Of a stretch of 24,974 nt of DNA, positions 18,356 through 24,974 are shown one piece after another. The position numbers and the translations under genes are program-made. Below the pieces are notes generated by a model. That model worked only from the letters and a program-made list of their open reading frames with translations. It ran no database searches and was not told where the DNA came from. Source of the stretch: a virus (taxonomy: Duplodnaviria > Caudoviricetes); IMG/VR virus record IMGVR_UViG_3300040985_002476, positions 1 to 24,974 of that record. One strand, given 5' to 3'. Position 1 is the first letter of the stretch. Each line of letters starts with the position of its first letter.

Positions 18356-18776
18356 TTCTATATAACTCTAGCAATACTAGCGTAAAGACTCCTATTATTG
18401 ACAGAGTTAAAAGGGGTTAAACCCAGAAAATTCAAAGACTTATACTATATCGCTACCAAGCCTGCACAAAAGTCAAGACTTTCATGCAAAGGCCTGCATA
18501 GAAGTCACCCACTTATTTGGCTAGGATGCGGTTAGTCGTTTACGGAAAAAACTGAGAAAAACTGAGGTTTACGGAACTTTTTACGGAATCTCTCAATAAT
18601 AGCAAAGCTAGCAAGGCCAGGCATTTTCGCTAATTGCACTAATTGCCAATAAGTAATTAGTGGAAGTTATTTAACCTGATCAAAAACAGGGTTTATCACA
18701 CCTTTCACACCTTAACCACCATTTTTCCCATCTAGGAAAAATGGTTTAAAACAAACAACCCAAATTAAATAAAAAA
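18356..18776. repeat. non-coding region tiled with heterogeneous short direct and inverted repeats
   Basis: GCCTGCA..AAGTCA x2 plus an inverted copy (18460-18507); TTTACGGAA x3; AAAAACTGAG x2; TAGCAA x2; CTAATTGC x2 plus an inverted copy; TCACACCTT x2; 11-bp perfect inverted repeat at 18718-18745. Confidence 0.85.
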
Positions 18777-20186
18777 ATGACAGAAAGATTTGTTCTGCCG
18801 ATTCAGTCGGTATATGATAGCAATGGCGCCCCTTTAGCTGGAGCAAAATTAGAGTTCTTTGAATCAGGAACTAGTACGAACATAGATTCTTATAGTGATT
18901 CAGCTTTAACGACTCCTAATACAAACCCAGTAATAGCAGATGCTAGCGGTAGGTTTAGTGATATATTCTTAGCAGCAGATGATTATAAGGTTACTTTAAA
19001 GACAAGTGCAGATGTTTCTATCTGGTCGGCGGACCCATATACAATAGGAAGTAGTCAAAACTTTATCTTTTTAGGTACATCGAGCGGGACCGGCACAGCT
19101 TACACCTTTGCACCATCTCCAGCCGCTGACTCTTATACAGACGGGGACAGATTTCTTGGTATTTTAAACACGGATAGCACAGGGAGCTTTACCGTAAATA
19201 TCAGTAGCTTAGGCGCGAAAACTATGACCAAAGAGGATGGTTCAGGAAACAGAATTGCGACAATAGCGGGAGACGCACAACAAGCGCAAACTATTGATTT
19301 CTATTATGATGCAACGGCTGGAAATATGGTTTTATTAAATCCTGCTAGGCCTTATGATGTAACAATTGCGAACGACCTGACGGTTACTAATGATTTGACT
19401 ACTGGCGCTACATTATCAGCCGCACAATTTAACGCTACTAGTAGCTCGGAGATAACTATAGTAAGTGGTGTAGCTACTATTACAAGGACTTGGCATACAA
19501 TTGACACAGAGTCCGATGCAAGTACAGATATACTTACGTCTTTTGTAGCGTCAAAAGGAGAAATTTTTACTTTAACACTAGCAAATAGTGCTAGAAATAT
19601 TACTGTAACTCATGGCGCCCCTATTCGCTTAGCAGATGATAAGAACTTTGATTTTAATAGTACTGTAAATACTTATATTACTTTTTTATGCGTAGATGAG
19701 GGTAATGTATGTATTGAAATATCGCGCAATAGAAACATCACAAATACCCCTTTCTTTAATGCTTATTTGGCAGCCAATCAATCAATAACAGCTAGCACAA
19801 TTACATTAGTCAATCTAGATACTGTGGCTTATGAATCAAATTCTTCGAGCTTTGATACTACTAACAAAAGATTTACACCTCAAAAAGCAGGCACTTATTT
19901 AGTCTGCGCGAACTGGCATGACTTTCATGTAGCTAATGGAAAAGAAGCTTATGTTTCTTTAAGAAAGAATGGTGCGATTCTTTTTGCAAAACAACACATG
20001 CTTGGGAGTGGTGGTGCTAGTTATCAAGTGCATTTATCTTGTTCTGGATTAGTTCAATTAAATGGAACAACTGATTATGTAGATATGGCGGTCTATCATA
20101 ATGAAGGTGGTGCTACTAACACAATTGGCGGATCCATGGCTACTTACATGACTGGCTTTTTACTAACAGGTTCAACAGGTTTATAA
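18777..20186 (+). CDS. tail fibre/spike with head-binding N-domain and C1q-like C-terminal domain
   Basis: N-term NGAPLAGAKLEFFESGTST...YSD...NTNPVIADASGR; C-term FFNAY...FDTTNKRFTPQKAGTY...LNGTTDYVD...MTGFL. Confidence 0.8.
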   Translation: MTERFVLPIQSVYDSNGAPLAGAKLEFFESGTSTNIDSYSDSALTTPNTNPVIADASGRFSDIFLAADDYKVTLKTSADVSIWSADPYTIGSSQNFIFLGTSSGTGTAYTFAPSPAADSYTDGDRFLGILNTDSTGSFTVNISSLGAKTMTKEDGSGNRIATIAGDAQQAQTIDFYYDATAGNMVLLNPARPYDVTIANDLTVTNDLTTGATLSAAQFNATSSSEITIVSGVATITRTWHTIDTESDASTDILTSFVASKGEIFTLTLANSARNITVTHGAPIRLADDKNFDFNSTVNTYITFLCVDEGNVCIEISRNRNITNTPFFNAYLAANQSITASTITLVNLDTVAYESNSSSFDTTNKRFTPQKAGTYLVCANWHDFHVANGKEAYVSLRKNGAILFAKQHMLGSGGASYQVHLSCSGLVQLNGTTDYVDMAVYHNEGGATNTIGGSMATYMTGFLLTGSTGL

Positions 20187-20188
20187 CT

Positions 20189-20494
20189 ATGGAATATTTA
20201 ATACAAGAATATCTTAAGTCACATAATGTGACTGCGATTAATGGGGTTGATTATGAGATAAGAGATAATTTAGACGAGAGGGGTGTTTACATATCTAAAT
20301 GGGACATAGATATTGAGCAACCTTCTTTTTCTAAAGAGGATATTATGAGGGCAGATAAATTCTTGATTAATATGAGCAAGAGAATCAATGAATATGGGTC
20401 TATTACTCAACAAATGGAAAATATTATCGAAAATGGCCTTGCCGCAGAACAAGAAAGAGTTTTGACTATAAAGTCAAAATATCCTAAAGAATAA
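20189..20494 (+). CDS. tail fibre assembly chaperone (XkdW-like)
   Basis: DYEIRDNLDERGVYISKWD...QPS motif, directly after the fibre gene. Confidence 0.6.
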   Translation: MEYLIQEYLKSHNVTAINGVDYEIRDNLDERGVYISKWDIDIEQPSFSKEDIMRADKFLINMSKRINEYGSITQQMENIIENGLAAEQERVLTIKSKYPKE

Positions 20495-20823
20495 TGGGTT
20501 TAGATGAAGATCAAAGGGCAACGGTAAAGATTATGTTTTTAGAGAATATGCAAGAGCAACATTTTGAACAAAGGGTTTTGCTTTTGTCAAAAGAGGCTAT
20601 AAAAGAATTTTTATTCTCTCCTATACATAGTATATTAATATTTTGTATTATTAGCTTAGTAAGCTACGTCTCACTAGCCTCTTTGAGCAAGCTCGATACT
20701 CTATCAAGCTCGGTTAATCATTTACAAACTAGCATTCAATTACTTAATGCTTCTTTGACCGTTATGGATGAGAGAACACACAGGACCGAAGAATCTTTGA
20801 TAAAACTAGAGAAACAACAATAA
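20494..20823 (+). CDS. membrane protein, holin-like candidate
   Basis: One hydrophobic segment (ILIFCIISLVSYVSLASL) followed by a coiled coil; lysis-module position. Confidence 0.5.
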   Translation: MGLDEDQRATVKIMFLENMQEQHFEQRVLLLSKEAIKEFLFSPIHSILIFCIISLVSYVSLASLSKLDTLSSSVNHLQTSIQLLNASLTVMDERTHRTEESLIKLEKQQ

Positions 20824-20840
20824 TTTTAAATTAAATTAAT

Positions 20841-21065
20841 ATGATAAAAAACATATCCCAACTAATATTAAATACAGCTCTACGAAGCGTTTCTATAATA
20901 AATAAATTCATTCCTAATCCTGTATTGCAAGCAATAGCCTTAGCCGTGCTAGAGTCTTTAGCTAGAAGCCCTAGAACGCAGTATAAGCCTGATATTGTTA
21001 AGGCTGCTATAAGACAAAGTAATTTAAGTCTTGCGAGTAAAAAAATGTTATCTGAGAGATTATAA
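20841..21065 (+). CDS. small hypothetical protein in the lysis module
   Basis: 74 aa, amphipathic; TAATG-coupled to the next gene. Confidence 0.55.
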   Translation: MIKNISQLILNTALRSVSIINKFIPNPVLQAIALAVLESLARSPRTQYKPDIVKAAIRQSNLSLASKKMLSERL

Positions 21066-21469
21066 TGTTTGATACTTACACTATAAAGCGGCGGGATATG
21101 AAAGAGGTTCTATGGGGCAGCTTTAAAGATCCAACTGGTCTTGAGATTTGCAAAACATTAGAAAATCCTTACCTTGATAATAAACCTTTTTTATCTGCTA
21201 TACCGTGTGGTTTATATAATGTGCGGAAATACACAAGCCCACCAGGAAGCAAAAAAGATTATCGGAATATATGGCAAGTAATAGATGTTCCTGGTCGCGA
21301 CTTGGTATTAATTCATAATGGCAATACGGAGTCCGATACAACGGGTTGTATATTAGTTGGTGAGAAACTCGGGATTTTAAACGATCAACTAGCTGTGTTA
21401 AGCTCTAAAAAAACTTTGACACTTTTGCAGCAACGCTTGCCGGATTCGTTTAAGTTGCGGATTTGTTAA
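21065..21469 (+). CDS. DUF5675-family protein (putative endolysin/peptidase)
   Basis: TLENP...SAIPCGLY...VPGR..VLIHNGN...DTTGCILVG with a conserved His/Cys pair; last gene of the late operon. Confidence 0.75.
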   Translation: MFDTYTIKRRDMKEVLWGSFKDPTGLEICKTLENPYLDNKPFLSAIPCGLYNVRKYTSPPGSKKDYRNIWQVIDVPGRDLVLIHNGNTESDTTGCILVGEKLGILNDQLAVLSSKKTLTLLQQRLPDSFKLRIC

Positions 21470-21931
21470 TTAAAACGGAATTTCATCATCAAACTCATCT
21501 TCTAACTCTTTTTCAACTTTGGAAGCGTGCGGCTTATACTCTTTTTCTGAGTATGCCGATGTGCTAGGTTGCTCATTTGAGCCTTTAGAATCTAATAGCA
21601 CTAGCTTGCCTCCAAACCCTTGTAATACTACCTCCGTAGTATATTTGTCAACACCCTCTTTATCTACCCATTTGCGGGTCTGTAAAGCACCCTCTATATA
21701 AAGCTTAGATCCTTTCTTTGTGTAGTCTTTTACAATTTTAACTAAGTTTTCATTAAAGATTACAACTCTATGCCATTCGGTTTTATCTTTCCTTTCCCCT
21801 GTAGCTTTATCTTTCCATGGTTCACTCGTAGCGATAGATAAATTTGCAATTTCTTTATTATCTTGGGTACTTCTTATATCCGGGTCGTTCCCCAAATTAC
21901 CAATTAATATTACTTTGTTTACTCCAGCCAT
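21470..21931 (-). CDS. ssb: single-stranded DNA-binding protein
   Basis: VNKVILIGNLG.DP, TEWHRVV, IEGALQTRKW and acidic tail DDEIPF. Confidence 0.97.
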   Translation of the reverse strand: MAGVNKVILIGNLGNDPDIRSTQDNKEIANLSIATSEPWKDKATGERKDKTEWHRVVIFNENLVKIVKDYTKKGSKLYIEGALQTRKWVDKEGVDKYTTEVVLQGFGGKLVLLDSKGSNEQPSTSAYSEKEYKPHASKVEKELEDEFDDEIPF

Positions 21932-21962
21932 GTTATATTTTTAAATCAGGGTTTAAATGGGA

Positions 21963-22019
21963 AAAGTACGCGCTAAGAAAAAGAGAGGAGAGAGGGGCGT
22001 GCAACTTAGCGCGCACTTT
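21963..22019 (-). other. 15-bp stem with a 27-nt loop in the ssb leader
   Basis: AAAGTACGCGCTAAG (21963-21977) and CTTAGCGCGCACTTT (22005-22019); fully paired with one G-U on the - strand. Confidence 0.8.
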
Positions 22020-22037
22020 CATAAAAAACTTACTACC

Positions 22038-22247
22038 TTAATTGTTATTTCCAATAACTTTAGGATAAGTTTGTAATGTTGTTAAAATTCTCTCCAAAAC
22101 GCTCAGCTCTGCCGATTTGTTTAGAAGTTGTTTTTTTAATTCGTTATTTTCATCTTGCGTCCTATTTAAGCGATCTCTCATCTCGAGAGCTTTACTTACA
22201 TAATAAGCAGAAACTTTTTTATTATTATTTAAAAAGCTTAAGTGCAT
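22038..22247 (-). CDS. hypothetical coiled-coil protein
   Basis: Likely start ATG 22247, with a GAGG SD just upstream; heptad-rich C-terminal half. Confidence 0.65.
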   Translation of the reverse strand: MHLSFLNNNKKVSAYYVSKALEMRDRLNRTQDENNELKKQLLNKSAELSVLERILTTLQTYPKVIGNNN

Positions 22248-22338
22248 ACTAACCTCTGAATTCAACCACACATTGTAAACAAAGTTTATAGTTGTTCAAT
22301 CTTTTTTAAATAACTGTTATTGAGCTTGTAACAGTTTT

Positions 22339-22770
22339 TTAACCATTATTACTCATTAACTGGTCTATTATCCCTTTGCACTCTTTATCTACGTAATCTA
22401 CATTTCTATAAATATTGCTTTCTAAAGAAAAAATCCCATCTAGACCTAAACTAATCACGTCCCCTGCGTGAGAGCAATCAAACCCGATAGCGAAATCAAC
22501 ACTAACACTACTTATATCACCTGCGTAAGTAAGCCCACCATGACAATCTATCTTATAGTCATCATAATTATTTGATATATAGTAGCTGCTAGATTTATCA
22601 ATAACGACATATCCACAAAAATTAATGAGTGAAAAAGGGGTTTCTTCTAAAATAGAGCTGCCACTTAATGCAGATGGTCGGAGTATAAAGTATTCCATTC
22701 CTCTATGATGCCTACGATATAGATTATATTCCTTTTTTATTTCTTCCTTTACGCGTTGTATTGTATTCAT
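22339..22770 (-). CDS. conserved phage hypothetical protein (CGYV / HGGLTY / GFDCxH family)
   Basis: Motifs FCGYV, DCHGGLTY, IGFDCSHAGD and YRNVDYV..EC..IIDQL. Confidence 0.8.
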   Translation of the reverse strand: MNTIQRVKEEIKKEYNLYRRHHRGMEYFILRPSALSGSSILEETPFSLINFCGYVVIDKSSSYYISNNYDDYKIDCHGGLTYAGDISSVSVDFAIGFDCSHAGDVISLGLDGIFSLESNIYRNVDYVDKECKGIIDQLMSNNG

Positions 22771-22772
22771 AT

Positions 22773-22830
22773 TTTTTTATTCAAAATAAATCACATAAAG
22801 ATTTTTTATTCAAAATAAATCACATAAAGA
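22773..22830. repeat. 29-bp exact tandem duplication
   Basis: TTTTTTATTCAAAATAAATCACATAAAGA at 22773-22801 and 22802-22830. Confidence 0.95.
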
Positions 22831-23182
22831 TTTTTTGGGCATTTTAACCTCATGAAAAATTACTAAATTTAACCGCCGCTTGTTGGCGTTTATGAGGTGT
22901 ATTGTAGAAGAAGGATTGTACGGTTAGGAAGAGGTCATAAGTATTTTATATGACTAATAGAAAACCTTATAAATGAACGATTCTAATGCGGTCATAGGTA
23001 TGACCATACTATTTTTTTTCACTCCAATGATCATCAAATTCATACTTTTCCATAGCAGAAGTATATTGAGTTTTAAGCATTTCCTTCATCATCTTCATAT
23101 TCGACTTGCGTTATTTTCATTGCCTTATTTTATTATTGTTTTTTGTAACACTTGCTTAACGCCCGTTAGGGGACTGTGACGG

Positions 23183-23749
23183 TTAAGTATTTTTCCTATT
23201 ATCAATAAAGTTACCTTTTCTCTTTAGGTTATATTTAATTATGCATTCATCATAATATTTGGCAGCCTCCAATTCTGTAGAGAATGATTTTTGATCATAT
23301 ATTATACTCTTTTTGTCCCGATAAACTTGTAAAATTACCGAAAAACGTAAGCTCTCTTTTCTATAACCAATGTATTTATATGTATTATTTGCGTTTTTTT
23401 GAAATGATTCCGAGTTATCAATAGAAGTAGTTAGATTAAGCAAGTTATTATCACCACTATTATAATTTTTATGAGAAACTAAAAGCCCCGCAACATCTCC
23501 TTTGAAAGCGGAATAGACTAGCCGTGAAACTATAAAAGTTTTCAATGTGCATTCACGGCTTAAAGCAACAACTACGACGCCTTGTCCATACTTGCCGCTC
23601 TGAGCACTTTGCAAAACCCGCTCTTTAACTAAGCGCTGATGATGACGGCATTTCACATATCTCTTGCAGGACTTAACCCTGCCCATATCACTAACCATAT
23701 AAAGCCCCTCATACCCCTCTATATCCTTCCACCGCTCTTTATTCATCAT
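23183..23749 (-). CDS. NUMOD4-HNH homing endonuclease-like protein with AP2-like C-terminus
   Basis: ERWKDIEGYEGLYMVSDMGRVKS (NUMOD4), RLVYSAF...VSHKN...DNNLLNL (HNH) and FSTELEAAKYYD (AP2-like); start ATG 23749 after a GAGGA SD. Confidence 0.85.
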   Translation of the reverse strand: MMNKERWKDIEGYEGLYMVSDMGRVKSCKRYVKCRHHQRLVKERVLQSAQSGKYGQGVVVVALSRECTLKTFIVSRLVYSAFKGDVAGLLVSHKNYNSGDNNLLNLTTSIDNSESFQKNANNTYKYIGYRKESLRFSVILQVYRDKKSIIYDQKSFSTELEAAKYYDECIIKYNLKRKGNFIDNRKNT

Positions 23750-23753
23750 TTCC

Positions 23754-23999
23754 TCACCATATACTTTTATCACACATAACTGTGAATTCAAATTGCCTAG
23801 GCTCTTCAATAATTGTATAATTATTTACTATTTTAAGCTGACTCCATATATCATACTCAGGTTCTAATTTTACCCACTCTTTACCATTATGGACAATTGT
23901 AGGGAGACCAGGCATTGTAGCTATAAGAGAAAATTTGAAATATGTAATTTCAGCACTTTTGTATTTAGGGGGTAGTGTTGATTTTATTTTATCAGTCAT
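23754..23999 (-). CDS. hypothetical protein
   Basis: 81-aa ORF with an ATGA overlap to the upstream gene. Confidence 0.6.
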   Translation of the reverse strand: MTDKIKSTLPPKYKSAEITYFKFSLIATMPGLPTIVHNGKEWVKLEPEYDIWSQLKIVNNYTIIEEPRQFEFTVMCDKSIW

Positions 24000-24364
24000 G
24001 ATTCTACCTCCGAACCATCTACCTTAAAAAACTTAAAAAAAACATCTTGGTCAAGGCATGTGTTCCACAAACTATGAGCGATAGCTTGAGCAGGGAATCC
24101 CTTTTGTAATTTTAAGCTATTATTTTGATCTGCTTTGCAAAACAAACTATACAACAAATATGTAAAATTACTTCCATCTCTGGAATATTGCCAGTAATAA
24201 AGCTCTTGTATAGCATCTAGTAATTCCGTTTTAGATATATTATTTTCATGTATCATCCCGAAAACCTTTGTAAAGTTAAGGCTTCCAGTTATACAGCCAA
24301 CCGCTGGCGGTATTTGCTCCCGATTTACGTCCCAATCCCGTATTAAGTTACAACTTTCGTTCAT
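23996..24364 (-). CDS. hypothetical protein
   Basis: 122-aa ORF with AAGGA SD; FTYLLYSLFCKADQNN..KL.KGFP motif. Confidence 0.7.
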   Translation of the reverse strand: MNESCNLIRDWDVNREQIPPAVGCITGSLNFTKVFGMIHENNISKTELLDAIQELYYWQYSRDGSNFTYLLYSLFCKADQNNSLKLQKGFPAQAIAHSLWNTCLDQDVFFKFFKVDGSEVES

Positions 24365-24385
24365 ATTCCTTAATTAATTACTTAG

Positions 24386-24973
24386 TTAAGTTGCGCTCAA
24401 TAATCTAGATACCTGCTGCCTCCTAAAACTACACCCCTCTGTAGTCTTAAAACCAAAGTTATTCAAAGAATCCGCTATTTTCTGCATAGTATAACCATCT
24501 TGCCCCCTCAGTTGTTTTGCAATTAAAATTGCTTTTGAATGAGCTTTTGAATATTGCCCCTTTCTAAATTCTGCACTTCTTTTATTTGCGAATTTTAGAC
24601 ACACTTTATTTTTATGATAAGGGGAGCCGTTAATTATTAATTTACCCTCTCTTACTCTTTTTGCTTCTAATGCTGCCTTGGTTCTAATTACCCCTATATC
24701 CCTTTCTCTTTCAGCAAAGGCAAATACAAATGTTAGCATTAGCCTATCGTTAGTATTAGGCATATCACAACACATTAACCTTTTGTCAATCTCATCAAAG
24801 AGCGTAAGGGCATCAAGTACGTTTCGACTTAATCTATCAGCCTTTGCTACTACTAGGGTTGCGTTCTCCTTTTTTACTAACTCTACAGCCTGCCTTAATG
24901 CTAACCTTTTATCTAAAGAGCCCCCGCTAGCAACCTCGGTAAACTCTGCTATAATCTCGCCATCTCTTAAAAA
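24386..24973 (-). CDS. serine recombinase (resolvase/invertase family), 5'-truncated by the window
   Basis: Frame is open to the window edge: ...EFTEVASGG...R..L..A......ATLVVAKADRLSRN...AFAERERDIGVIRTKAAL; C-terminal IADSLN..GFKT..G..F...QV.R helix-turn-helix. Confidence 0.9.
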   Translation of the reverse strand, partial: FLRDGEIIAEFTEVASGGSLDKRLALRQAVELVKKENATLVVAKADRLSRNVLDALTLFDEIDKRLMCCDMPNTNDRLMLTFVFAFAERERDIGVIRTKAALEAKRVREGKLIINGSPYHKNKVCLKFANKRSAEFRKGQYSKAHSKAILIAKQLRGQDGYTMQKIADSLNNFGFKTTEGCSFRRQQVSRLLSAT

Positions 24974-24974
24974 A

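Noticed and set aside
18398-18426. Sigma70 promoter at a perfect TTGACA
   Set aside because: No credible -10 hexamer at 16-18 bp spacing (ACCCAG at 17 bp).
18356-18776. CRISPR mini-array or DGR template repeat
   Set aside because: No constant repeat with regular spacers, no noticed match to the fibre 3' end, and no cas or reverse transcriptase gene in the window.
426-20452. Short antisense or out-of-frame ORFs in the track (e.g. 426-665, 3327-3611, 8210-8398, 17740-18144)
   Set aside because: They overlap well-supported + strand genes and show no recognisable motifs; shadow ORFs.
23010-23120. Possible frameshifted small gene on the - strand (MKITQVEYEDDEGNA* overlapping MKMMKEMLKTQY...WSEKK*)
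   Set aside because: Both pieces are under 30 codons and cannot be supported without homologues.
21519-23179. + strand ORFs 21519-21701, 21844-22041 and 22973-23179
   Set aside because: They oppose the local gene direction, overlap ssb or structured intergenic DNA, and have no recognisable motifs.
1-24974. Stop-codon reassignment, tRNA or rRNA genes
   Set aside because: Genes are full length in the standard bacterial code with dense packing; no cloverleaf or rRNA-like segment was seen by eye.

Overview
An AT-rich segment of a tailed, podovirus-type (P22-like architecture) phage or prophage. The + strand (1-21469) is a nearly complete morphogenesis and lysis operon: the 3' end of a probable DNA methylase, portal, GroES-like co-chaperonin, scaffold, minor and major capsid proteins, a block of head decoration/fibre genes, head-tail adaptor, gp10-like tail hub, needle-position protein, a 2OG-Fe(II) hydroxylase plus GNAT pair, three ejection proteins, a tail fibre with a C1q-like tip and its chaperone, holin candidates and a DUF5675 protein. 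The - strand (21470-end) carries convergent early-type genes: an alphaproteobacterial-like ssb, hypotheticals, a NUMOD4-HNH protein and a truncated serine recombinase. The most unusual signal is non-coding. A 421-bp gap between the last ejection gene and the tail fibre is tiled with many different short direct and inverted repeats, and similar palindromes fill other gaps. Several resemble palindromic segments I recall from inside bacterial DNA-binding-protein genes (DinD, KilA-N, RhuM-like), which suggests a phage-borne array of operator mimics or decoy binding sites. Product calls come from motif recognition and synteny only; no database searches were run.
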